Positions 34,196 through 47,090 of a stretch of DNA of 64,000 nucleotides are shown here, piece after piece. A model generated the notes under the pieces. It made no database searches, was not told the DNA's origin, and saw nothing but the letters and a program-made list of their open reading frames with translations. Location of the stretch: contig JBLDXI010000007.1 in assembly GCA_047495785.1 (NCBI GenBank), positions 62,001 to 126,000 of the forward strand, written 5' to 3'. The position numbers and the translations under genes are program-made. Origin of the DNA: Lepidodermella squamata. Its lineage: Eukaryota > Animalia > Gastrotricha. Each line of letters begins with the position of its first letter. Position 1 is the first letter of the stretch.

Positions 34196-36965
34196 ATGCG
34201 TTTGCTAGTTGTTATCCTATTCGCTGCATGCAATGTGGCTTGGGCCACTGTTGTTGGCGACCTGCCGTTCGAGGACTCGATCAACACGTTGATGATCATG
34301 AGCCAGGTCTCGCGGCTAATGCTTCAGAAGCATAACATATCCCGGCCGTTTCTCGACCCGGTCGCGCCTGTTTTGCCAACAGAACACCTGCTCGAGGATG
34401 ACATTCGGCTCACCGTCGACCAAGCGAAAATGATCCTGCAAACGATCGAAGAGGAAATGGGCATTCAAAGCGGAATTGCGAAGCGCGTTTCAACCTCAGC
34501 TAAGAAATGGACTTTCCCCATCAAATACGCCTTCGACGGAACTCACAGTAATGTTTTTTCTCTGGAAGATGGTCATCATTAACAATTTCTTTCCAAACTA
34601 TAGGCGATGCTGAGAAAGCAACGATTCGCCAAGGCCTTGCGATGTGGACGTCTACAACCTGCGTTACTTTCCAAGAATCCAGCTCAGCTAGTTCGATTGC
34701 TAACACCCCATCACTAACTTTTAACAAAGGTTCTGGTTGCTGGTCTTATATTGGTTAGTATCACTGCTTTAACTTTTTCTAACAAAAATTTCCTATTTTA
34801 ATATAGGAACCATTTCGTCGAAAACCCAGACGATTTCTCTTGGCAACGGTTGCGTTGTGGTGAGTTTACCTATTTTTGCGATTTATTTTATCGCAGTAAT
34901 TCGGTTTATTTGGATAATAGCCTGGCATTGCTGCACATGAAACTGGTCACGCTCTTGGAATGGTAATTTTTCAAATTAATTTTTTTTTAATTTCATGAAA
35001 TAACTGTTTTTATTTATGTTAGTACCACGAGCAAATGCGAAACGACCGCGACAGCGCCATCAAAGTGAACCTTGGCAACTGCATTTCGTAAGTTTGCTGC
35101 CATTATAGTTCAATTCAAAATTTTATGAATTAATTGCCATTAGGGGTTATGAATCAGCCTTCGCGAAGGTTGCGGCTTCAGAAGACAACAACTACGGCGC
35201 GCCATACGATTTCGAGTCTGTTATGCATTACGATACGCTAGGATTCTCGAACGACTACTGGGGCAAGAAGCGAGTTATCGAGCCCCTCGATGTCAAGTTT
35301 CTTACCGCAATGGGCAATCGCGATTACCTCTCGTTCAACGACATTAAACGCATCAACTACCACTACAACTGCATTGGTAAAAAATTAATTTCAAAATATG
35401 TTTGTTGTAAATTTTTCGAATTTTTATAGCGTCTGCTTGCGGAAGCACGAAGCTGTCTCAGCCTTGCCAAAACGGTGGTTACCAAGACCCGAAGAACTGC
35501 GTGAAATGTCGCTGCCCCAATGGCTGGGGCGGTGACTTCTGCACGATCAATGCCGCTTCGAAGGGCGCTTCTTGCGGTGGTGTCATAACCCTAGCGGCTT
35601 GCTCTCAAACCACCATCACCTCACCGAGTAACCCTTCTAACTACCCGGCTGGATCTAGTTGCTCATGGGTCATCGAAGCTGTAAGTTTCTTCTTGGGCTA
35701 AGCAGTCTAAACAAGTTAATCATTTGTATTACAGCCATCGGGCTCTGGTATTGTCTTCGGCTTCGAAGGTCAGCCGAAAATGCCCTGCAACTATGCCGAT
35801 AGGTGTAATGACTTCGTCGAAATTCGGACAAACAGCAAAGATCCAACTTACAACGGCTACAAGTTTTGTTCTTGTGGCCAAGCTAGCGGCCGCTACGCTA
35901 CTGATGCTAACAAAGCCGTAGTCTACTTTGCCGGTTACGCCACGTCTGGTGCTTCGGGTTTCAAGCTAAACGTCTACGCCACCTGCCCTGGAACTACCGG
36001 GTCTGGCCTGTCCAAGGAATGCGTGATTTCTAGCACGGGCTTCGACTACGCCGGTGATTCGACCAAGGCAAGTAGTGGCCAGTCTTGCTCAGCCTGGTCC
36101 GGCCAGTCGACCTATCCTGCGATTAATTTCCCCGATGGAACTCTGCTGGCGGCTGGGAGTAAGTGCCGCAACCCGGATGCCCGCTCGTCACCCTGGTGCT
36201 ATACGACTAACTATCAAACTACCGGCTCATGCTCCTTCTCGAAGTGCCGTAAGTTTTAGGAGTTTTCTGTTTTCGAAATAACTGGGTTGAATTGAACAGC
36301 GACGGGTACGGTTACTACGACTGCTGCTCCGACTACAACAACAACTAAGGCGGCTACTACGACTACAGGATCGCCAACTACGACCACAACACCGCGGGCT
36401 GCAACTACAACGACAACTACGGCTGCTACGACTCGTGCAGCTACTACTACTACTACGACTGCAGCTACCACAACCCGTGCGCCAACTCAAGCGACAGCTA
36501 GCCCTGCCAAGTGAGTCTAAACATTTCATTATCAGATGTTGGAAACTATCTAATCATTTTTTTATTTGCAGGCCTTCGGGTGATTCCACTAACTGCCGTA
36601 GCACTGTAGACGGACGTAACTACATCGGATCTGTCAGCCGAACGGTTCGAGGCTACACCTGCCAACGCTGGGACAACCAATGGCCACAAACTCATGACTA
36701 CACCGCTGCCACATTCCCCGACTCATCGCTGACCCAGGCTGGCAATGCTTGCCGCAATCCTGACCCGGTCAACTTCCCGAACGGTGTTTGGTGCTTAACG
36801 AACGACCCAGCCGTTCGAACTGATTACTGCAACGTTCCACGCTGCCCAACTTCAGGCCGCAAGCGAACCTGGATCGATAAGCTGATTGAAGAGTACGCTG
36901 ATTTGGCTGAGCGCGAGATGGATGATGGCAATGACGCCTCTTTCAACGATTTTGTGTTCGAATAA
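34196..36965 (+). CDS. Astacin metalloprotease C (2 kringles, long Thr/Ala linker)
   Basis: HETGHALGMYHEQMRNDRD, SVMHY, EGF, CUB, two kringles, tail GRKRTWIDKLIEEYADL...FE*. Confidence 0.92.
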
Positions 36966-37124
36966 TAGGTCTTAGTTGTTAGCTTCAAGTTCAATGTGAT
37001 AACCTTTAGATCGTTGCAATAAAAATTCAGCTCAAGCGTAGATTTTTTCACAAAACAAGCACGTGTTTCAGTTCCTGAGGTCATGACGAGCGATCAATAA
37101 TTGAAGAAAATTTACAAAAGAAGA

Positions 37125-38896
37125 ATGGAGGCTGGAACAGATTTTGAAGAGCCAGAGCCTAGAAGCTCTGCATTTTATTACATTTTTCTCATTATTTCCA
37201 TCGGATTGACAGCCTATCAGTTCAGACCAGTTCCTTTTGATAATAATCCTCCTCAAAGCCTGGAATCTTCGCCGGCTTTGAGAGCTTTCGATCACCTGAA
37301 AAGTGTTATAGATACTCCAAGCAGCGGCTCGTACAGCCAATTCTATGATGGAGCCGTTGTATCAAGTGCTGAGGACCAATCGAGATTGCAAAGGTCATTT
37401 CTTCAGTTGCTCCACCCCGAAAACAATAGAACTCGGCTAAATCGGCTTTTTGGCGGCATAAAACGGGAATTTCGGGTAGCTGTGGTCGGAGGCTCTTGTA
37501 CAATTCCTAGAGCAGTTCTGGTAAATTGATCAATAATAATATTTTTATGTGTTTATTTTCGGCGATTTTAGCCAACAGAAGGGTATTTCCACCTGCTCTG
37601 TAAGTGGCTTCAAGATGCCCTGTCCCCATCTGGCTTTCCTGTAAAATGCGGTAATTGGGCTGTTGGAGCCACTCAAAGGTTCGTATTTCGTTGACTTAGT
37701 ACATCAACACCCGATTTAATTTAATTATAGCGGATTTTTCGCCGATTGCTTTGACGAAATGTTTGACGTATCTGAAATCGATCTGCTGTTAGTTGAATTC
37801 GCAGTCAACGAAAACCCGGCCCACAGCCAGCTCGATGATCTCTTGCGTGCCGTACGATTCAAAGCCCCGAATTTGCCGATTATTGTTGCAATTTTTCTGC
37901 CAACCCGTCAATTGCAATCTCGATCGACCCCTCCGCTAGAATTGATCCATTTGGATGTAGCGAAGAGACACTCAGCAGCTGCGATTCGCGTCAGCAGTTT
38001 TTTCCATTATGGCGACCATAGACTAAAACTATCGTCATTTCTAGGTCAGTCACCTTTGATCTATATTCCATAGCCAATATTAGGCCAGGTCATAACCTTC
38101 GCCCTCATTTGGAAAGGGTGTAAGAAGGAAATGGGGTCGCTTTATCAAAAAAGTTTGAAAATCAAAGGAATTTTGCCTTTTGAAGGCAATAAATTAAATA
38201 ATTTAAATTTTTCATTCAGGTATCTATTTGATTGCACCTCAAAATGGTCACCCTGGAAAACAAACGCACCTGATTCTGAGCGAATTTATCATCAGCTACA
38301 TCAAATCAACTCTGCAAAAACTGGTTGATCGTAAAATAATTCTAATGCCCCTTGAAAGGCCGAAAAATGCGACCAAAGCTCCGCCGTCGTCACTCTGCTT
38401 CATTTCTTACCATCGAGGGCTGGGGACAAATCTTCATTTGGAACGAGCTATATCGAGCATATCAAGCGAATATTCCCTGGAGCAGCACACATATCTGACA
38501 ATGATCAACGGCCTCAATTCTACGAATTCAACTTTAAACTTTACTTTTTCGAACCTGACGAAAAACTTGACGTTCCATTCCGGTTGTTTGCCGAGCTTGA
38601 AAATTTCGCATTTAGCTCAAAAGGTATACACAAGTCGCAATGCCTTTTTACTAGCTGAAGCTGAGCTACAATTTTCGAATGGCCGAAACGTTCCACTTCG
38701 ATATCGCGTGCCTCTTCTCTTCGATCGTTCCTACAATCATCACGTGGTAGATATCTCGCAGCCAGAGCTTGCCTCCAATACGAGTGAAATACCAGACGGG
38801 TCGTTAGTCAGCGCGATCAAGTTGAATCTAACGCAAAAAGCTGTTCGCTTCTATAAAACGTTGATAACAGGAATCATTTTCTCGTTTGACTGTTAA
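37125..38896 (+). CDS. Type II membrane SGNH/GDSL-hydrolase-like protein (4 exons)
   Basis: N-terminal TM, then SGNH-like blocks VAVVGGSCT, NWAVGATQS, DLLLVEFAVNE and NGHP, joined in frame by GT-AG introns. Confidence 0.72.
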
Positions 38897-39303
38897 TTTG
38901 TTTATGGTATTTCATTAAAAACTGCTCAGATATTACTTTGTTTTTTGTTTACAGTTTTTCTTATTTTTTTGAATTTTTGAAAATGTTACGAAGAAGGTCG
39001 TCTGTCACAACCGATATCACCATGTGATCTTAAATTACAGACCGCTATTTGTAGATTTTGTTCCATTCGCGGTGAGTGAGAGGTGCGAGGCGCGTCTTTG
39101 CGCAAGTAAATGGGCGCTGAATGCAAGTGAGAACTCTATTACCGAGAAATTATACGTACGCGTACGCGCTCTTTGTGCTGGACGGGCGCGTTACAAGGAT
39201 ACCAATCTTGATTCGCACGAGATAAAGCGGCAAGCGTTCATAAAATGGGATATAAATACTCAGAAAATTCGTCGGTTTCCCATTCGACAAAACGAACCCC
39301 GAT

Positions 39304-41658
39304 ATGTTTTCTGTCGCTCGCTTGATAGTCCTAGCGTCACTAGGCTCGTTGGTCCTCGCGAATTCCGACCAGGATAACGAGTCCAATGACCGAGCCAAGG
39401 TGAACGAAATTCTGTTCAAGGTCTCCGGCTTGATGCAGCGGCATCACAATCTTCAAAAACCACCGGTTTGTTCCAACTGCAAACTTGGTTGTATCATCAA
39501 CTTAATTTTTTAAAATATAGTTAATGGACCCAGGGATAATCGTGAATGCCTACCTGTCGCCAGACAACGACATGCGCCTCAACGTAGATCAGGCCCAAAT
39601 GCTACTGGATGAGATGATTGAGAAGACGAATGCAAAGTCGGGTCAAGCCCCTCCGGCCAAGACAAAACGCGTTTCACAATCGGCCGGAAAATGGACTTTC
39701 CCGATTCTATACACCTTCGATGGCAGCCACTGTATGCTCTGAAAAAACTAACTCTTATTTAAAACGTTTAATTTGATTGTATATAGCTGACTCGGAGAAA
39801 GCCATCATTCGACAGGGTATTCAAATGTGGCAATCGATGACGTGCGTGCGATTCCAAGAAGTAGCCAACTCATCATTCAGCTCTTTCGGTTCCTCGTCCG
39901 GGCTTGTTTTCAATAAAGGATCAGGGTATGTCTAATTCTCAATGTATTTTATTTATTTACCAGTAAACTCTATTTTTTAGATGCTGGTCCTGGGTAGGAA
40001 GGCAAGGCGGTGCTCAAACCATCTCGCTCGGCTCTGGCTGTGTTACTGTAAGTTTCCATGCTCAAAAACGCTACGAAGGTTAAAATTTGTCTCAACTAGG
40101 CTGGAATTGCTTCTCACGAAATCGGTCATGCTCTCGGAATGGTAGTTTTTCAATTTTTTGAAAGTTCATGAAATAAATTGTTGTATTTATGGTAGTACCA
40201 CGAACAACAACGGCCGGAGCGTGACCAGTTTATCAACGTTGACTTGTCGAAAGTAATATCGTATGTTTGAGCCTTCTTCTTAACGCTTCATCGAATCAAT
40301 TTTTTTGTAATTCAGAGGCTATGAATACAATTTCGCGCAATTATCGGCTTCTGAGGAGTACAACTACGGCGTGCCATACGACATTTCCAGCGTCATGCAC
40401 TACGGATCGCTGTCTTTCTCCAACGACTACAACAACAAAGCCCGAACTATTATGCCGCTTGACTCGAAGCTGCTCACGTCTATGGGCCAACGGGCGCAGC
40501 CTTCATACTTCGACGCCAAGCGCATCAACCTGCACTACTCGTGCGCCAAAATTTGCACCGGAATAACGGTCAATTGCAAAAATGGCGGCTACCAAGATCC
40601 GAACAACTGCGCTCAATGCCGATGCCCGCCTGGCTACGGCGGAACTGACTGCTCAGGCCCGGCGGCAGCGACTGGCCCGGTGGCCTGCAGCACGACCTTC
40701 AACATGGCCGCCTGCAGCTTCCGCAATTTCCAGACACCCAACTACCCAAGCACTTATGGCGCATCCTCGTGCTCTGTCATGATCAACGCGGTAAGACAGA
40801 TAAACCGGAGATTAAGAAAATATTATTTCAATTTCTCCCACAGCCTGTCGGTTCGAGTCTAATTTTCGCACTCGATTCCTTCCCGAGAATGCCGAGCTCT
40901 ACCGAAGACGTGTGTGCTGATTACATTGAGATCAGGCCGAACACAGGCGACCCAGAAGCGCTAGGCTATCGATTTTGCCAGAGCGGGGTCAGCGCCGGCC
41001 GGGCTCATCAAGCCGACACGAATCAAGCAGTCATGCACTTCTTCACGTCGTCAGGCGGTGGATATCGAGGCGCTGTCGTCCGCGTTTTCGCAACATGCCA
41101 GGGCACGAAGGTCGCCGATATCAACCGCGAGTGTTCGTTCACTACCACAGGCTACGACTACATGGGAACGAGGAACCGGGCTGACAACGGCCGCCCATGC
41201 TTCCCATGGTCAGGACAGCTAGCCCAGCCTGCTAACAGATTCCCAGAGGGTACTCTCGCCGGTGCCGGTAGTTACTGCCGAAATCCGAACGGCGCCGGCG
41301 CTGCCTGGTGCTACACGTCTTCTGCCTACACCGCAGCCTCAATTGCTAACTGCACGAATTTCGCTGCTTGTCGTAAGTTTTATAACTCGTTTTAATCGCT
41401 GGATATAAACAAAATTATTTCTAGCTACAACGCCTACTACGACAACGTCAACCACTACAACAACGACGACGACTACTACAACGACTGTTGCTCCTACAGT
41501 ATCAACTGTCAAGACGGTTGGAAAGCGAGGTCACATGAAGCATAACTTCCTAAGGCGAATTTTACGCGAGTTCATGGTAAGTCTTTCAAAGATTCATTCT
41601 CATTTTTTATATCTCTTTATTTTCAACCCAAAAGGATGCCGACGACGATTTCGAATAG
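39304..41658 (+). CDS. Astacin metalloprotease D (divergent; single kringle)
   Basis: HEIGHALGMYHEQQRPERD, SVMHY, CKNGGYQDPNNC EGF, CUB, kringle SYCRNPNG..AWCYT, Thr-rich segment, tail GKRGHMKHNFLRRILREFMDADDDFE*. Confidence 0.9.
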
Positions 41659-44600
41659 TGCTGTGATACCTTAGGGCTCATTTTTAGAATTGGTGACGGA
41701 AATTTGTTGCAATAAAACGTAGTTGTTAAAGCAAAAAGTGCGTTTTGTTTTTCACTGTCGAGATTTGTACGGCATAAATTTTTCATTAAATGTGAACGCG
41801 TGTGCACTGGGATATCCTGTGTCCACTGCTGCTGCTGCTGGTGGTGTCGGAGTGAGATATGATAATATTACGATTCAACCCCCTTAATAATGAATATCTA
41901 CGCTAAGCTCATCCTCTCGGTGCTAGTAATAATATCGTTTGCCGAAAATTAATAATTATTATTAATATTGCAAGCCGCTTATACCAGACACACTTTTCAT
42001 CTGCCCGGCGGTCAGCGGCCACTCGCCACTGGTTTCGCCTCGCCTTCCGCCAGCAGATGTTTCGTGTTGTATCATCTTAAGCCAACACGTAATTATTATC
42101 ATCATGTAAAATTCTGCCAAAGTATATCGGATATTATAAAACGGCAATAACAATGTCTTTGCCTCGTAATTAATAAATTCGTCTGGTATTAGGCTCAAGT
42201 GGAATTCCACATTTTTGAAAAGGGTTATCACCCGCGGGCAGCTTCGCACTCAAAAAGACGCGCGCCCGCAATTTGTCTTTTTGGCGCGCGTTATAATCTC
42301 ACCAGTGGGCGCTTTTAATTTTTAATGAGCTCGCCATTGACCTTATAGCCGCGTTACAAAAACACCGCCGCAAAAATCAAATTTTTTCGTGAATGTGTGT
42401 TTACAGCCTCACGCACAAGGCGTGTTTATCGCATCGCGATATGACACAATTTATATTATGATTTATGACAACACGCCGCTCGTGCGTCAAGAATCCACTT
42501 GAAAAAAGCCATCTCGCTTCTTTAATCGCATGCCTTCTCATAATAATTGCGCACTCCCCCACCTGCGCTCCCAACATCAAAGAGATGATACGAAAAAAAT
42601 GCCCGAAAACGGCTCTTCAGGTATCATGCGTTTGACAAACTGCTACTTATAATCTGAGCTGATGCGGACGCGCAGTGATGCGTTCAATAACACGCCGAAG
42701 TGTAGGTTGGCAGCAGGGTGCATACACGAGATGGCAATAAAGCATCTACAACTGTACGGCGATGGAACAATAACATAACGATACGTTTAGCGACTGGTTT
42801 TTTTATCTACCGGGTCCTTAATCTGTCGAGCGGCGCGCCATCATCTTGATGTATCAACTCGAGTTGCGGGCATTAATTTATTAATATTTTATTTGTGACT
42901 ATATTTGCTGTCATTTCTCCGCCATCTCATCTTTTAAATGCCTCATGTTTGTCCATCTGAAAAATACAACGTTATTTGTGCAATTTTTAGCGTGCGCTTC
43001 TGGCATAATATATTACATATATAGGCGCAGATTTTTTTACCCTTCTTAATTGCGCGTAATGTTTACTACTGCCCGCAAAAATCAACCGTGCCGCGCGTAA
43101 TCACATGATTGTCGATAAATAATAACAAAGTTACTTATACTTACGCCAAGGCTGATCTTGGCAATTATTTTTTGGCGCGTAGTTTCAAATCGATACATTT
43201 TATTGTTGTACAAGCCCCTTGATGACTACTGTAAATAAACAACACAGCGCAGTCCAGCGCAGCCGTGCGTGTCCTCCCTTCACTATTTTTTCCGTTCTTG
43301 ACCGTTTTTCGCCGCTTAAATTATCATTATTTTGTGTACACTGAAATATCGGCGACCTCAGGATATATTGAGAGGAATATAGTTTTTTTATTTAATTAAG
43401 GCGGATTGCAAATATGGCCAAGTAAAATAATATTAGCCGTGCCTTAAAACCGCAGCGATTCTTAAGTCATCACCAATTTTTTCATCCCCATGTCATTATT
43501 TTCATTCGATTTTTAAACGACCACCGCGACTATATATAATTGCTGCTTCTATCATTGTTCGGCTTAGGCATGCGCTCTACACACAAGTCTGAAGAATGAG
43601 AAGTTGGAGAAGTTCCGCCATCATCATAATTATACATATATATTGTATGGACGAGAACAAAACGACCAGTATACTTAAGGGGGTGGTCGCTTTGTTTTTT
43701 CGCTCCCTGAAACTCTGAGGCGTCCCTTCGCACTGCCCGCTCATTTGTTTTGTTGTTTTCGCTCTGTGTGGTGCAGTGGTAGCGTATAGTCTTTCATATA
43801 TATTTCGTTGCTGCGCCACAACCAGAAAAAAGGCGCGGGAAAAATCGAGCGCCTCCAGAAATGCCGTTCACAGCACATTTAACTCGCATATATCGTATAA
43901 AAATTACATTTTTCTATTATTTACGTTTTATATTGTAATATCGTATGGGAATGACATGTGGTTTACGGCGTGGCTTTCATTATAAATGTCTTTCTTACTA
44001 CTACTGCTACTACATCACAGCCGTATATTTTGTAGTGCAATAATTCACATTTTCCTACGATCGTCATCAAAACTGACCGGGTCCGACGCACCCGAAATCC
44101 CATTTATCATTTTTTCCAATTTAATTTCCTGTACATCTGCTTTATTGTTATTTACGGATTGTTTATTCACGCGAAATCAGTTGTCAAAAATCACCACCGA
44201 AGATCGCAAGGTGCGAACTTTAATTTGCACACCGACACCCAACATTTTCATTAGGCTTCCGTCGAAAAATCTTGTACCACCAATAACAACAACACACAAG
44301 AGTAATTAGTGAGCGTTGTTTACTGTTGTTGTTGCAGCGCAGTCATAATTATACGGCCATTTGCGGGCGATGTCGCCGTCGCCGTGTCCTCAGTGCAGTA
44401 TTTGGCGACTACGTTATTTGTACCTGTGTGATTTTACGCCCCCTAAGACAATAAAAACAAACGCGCGCGCAGGTGTGCGTTTTTCATCGGCCGTCGCCCG
44501 TCCGACTTGATGGCTGTTGGTCTCAAACCGGCCCAATATTGACTTACTTGTAGCATTAGCACTGTTTCATCGCCCGTTTCTATCAAGTATATAACCGATG

Positions 44601-47090
44601 TTCCTTTACGTTTTACTTTAAGGTAGCTTGAGATAATGCAATAATAACACGGCCGCACGCCTGGCTCTCTTCAGCGCGTAGCAAGATGCGCAGTAGCATT
44701 TAGGCGCGGCGTGTTTATCGGGCGCCGCTACTGAGAGAGAAGCCGTCGTTGTCATCGACGGTGGGGTGGTTGTGGCGGGTGGCGCCCACTCTCTCGTCTA
44801 TCGCCCGGCAAACAAGAAGATGCGCGCATATGTCAGAGCGGCGGCTGTTGCGCACCGTCGACCTGCTGTTGCGCTTCCTTTTTGGGTGTCACTTGTCTTG
44901 TTCTTCGCCGCGTGTTTGACCAAGAGATAAAGCCGGACCCTAACAACACGGGTGAATGGCAACCAAGCCCTGCCGGCAAAACGCGATTCTAATCCTGGAT
45001 TTTGCAGCAGCCACGAATAACAACAAAGCACTCGACGCGAAAAATCCCAAGAACACATTCACTTCACCATCCTTTTTTCGCCACGATCCACCCTTCATCT
45101 TGTAGAGTTAGCCAAGAACATCTCCGCCCACTTGCCGGCTTTTATCGTTGTTTACTAATAAACAGGTGCTATATAAATCGCACCGTAAACACTGTTACGC
45201 GCATAAAACGCGATAATAATTTTGTTTATTATTTCAATAGTTAACGCCCAGACGAGATAATTAATTGATTCATCCACCTTAATTAATCCGATGTTTTTCT
45301 TCCGTCGATCGATTTGTTTCGCCTTGTTTTGCCTTGCGTGCGTTTTTTGTTGGTTCATTGATACATACCGTATGTTTTGCGCAATTACTGTTCGCACCGA
45401 TGTAACAACATTATCGAAGATGTTGCAAGAAAAACCGATCCCGTTTCGTTATATAGGATGCATAAGTAATATAAGGTTAACGCTACTGTCGAGCTGCGGC
45501 GATGCAGAACCGTTTTGAAAGTTGAACTTGTCTACTATATATGTATATTAGCAGCTGCTTTTCATTTTGAAACTGGTGTCTTGTAAGAACAGGCAACGGG
45601 TGCACGCTAATTTATTCGAACGCTTCGACCCCGTTCAGCTTGAACACGCGCCACGATTTGATTTTATTATTTCGCCTGCATAGTTACGCACGCGCAGCAG
45701 GTAGCTTTACGGATGTTGTTATACTACGATGCGATTTTTGGCGATGAGCGCCATGAGAGATACACTCATCCATGTTCTTCTTGCAACACGATCGGCTGGC
45801 GTCGATCAGCAGACTTGAAAGAGCGCCGACGAGCCGACGCGCACCCCGTTTATGCATATCGCGCGTAGATACGCAACTAGATACGCGTAAAATACACGTG
45901 CATCTTTTCGCGATTTTCATCGCAGTGATTGCAATATAAAATGACAAGACGCGCCCAACGCGGAAGTTATAATCAGCTTTCATACTTGTTATTTTAGCTG
46001 TTGATGAGGTAGTATTTTCCTTTATTTTTCGCGTCATCACTATAAAATAATAGCCGTGTATCGATGTAGGTACGATGATTATAGGCCAAACAATATCAAA
46101 CAAAACCTTGTTTCCACATCCGAATCATCATATTTACAGTGCACCAATAATAATAGCAAGAGCAATAATAATTTAAGCTACATCCTTTTCCTTATTGCTC
46201 GTTTATTGGGTGCCTAACAACACACCCGTGTAGACACCGCGTAGTACTCGACTAGACGCAGAGTTATTAATTTGGCCGGTTTATTAAACGAGAAACAAAT
46301 TGCTTGGGGGACATGGCTCAATATAACTCGTTACAAGCGAACGCTTATCAATTTTTCAAGAAAACGCATATTTAATGAAGAGGTGCGTCTCCGGCCGGTC
46401 AGTTATTGCCGGTTATTAAAATGCTTGCGGCTCAATTTCCAGGCAATAAAACGCTCTCACCTGACTTATCAACATGCGATATTATTATTATTTTCTCCGT
46501 TCAATAGGCGCGAATGCAATATTTTCTCATCGTCAACACCTACTTTTGTCGCTGCTAGATGGACACAACAAAAAATAAATGTCGTATATTAAGAACAATT
46601 ATGTTCTGTTTTGTTATGTCGGCATTCCAGCTTAATTTGCCGGCTTATGGTGGCACAATGCGGGCGTACGCGCTGAAAAACCGCAAGACACGGTCGCTCT
46701 TATAGTAGGTATTAGGAATTATTTATAAAATCACAAAACTGCGCTTGTGCATCGTGAAAAGCATCAACGGCGCGCGTCGTTTTTCCGTCCATCTCTCTAT
46801 ATACCTATGTTTGCATCTTTTCCACTCATCATCAGAGATAGCGAGATACAATAATAATTTAACACGCGACAGAAAAGTAGCCTTTTTAATGATGATGATG
46901 ACTTGATGCGTTCGTTTTCGTCGTCAAAAACTCGCGCAGTCATTAATGAGTGGCCTAAAACGGTGAAACGGCTCTCTTTTAAAACATAAATTAATTGCGT
47001 GTTTTTTTTTCATCCATAGAGAGATTATCTTTTCGCTGCTACCGCGAAAGCGATATTTATCAGACGGAAAATGGAACACTTCTTTTTAAG

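Noticed and set aside
46000-46025. let-7-like TGAGGTAGTA (also miR-2-like TCACAGCC at ~9580/44015 and miR-8/200-like TAATACTGCC at 8861)
   Set aside because: Only the seed-length 5' part matches; no mature-sequence similarity or convincing precursor hairpin seen.
41900-46900. Many short ORFs in the long intergenic block (also 50450-53770)
   Set aside because: No recognisable homology or splice-compatible chain; expected by chance.
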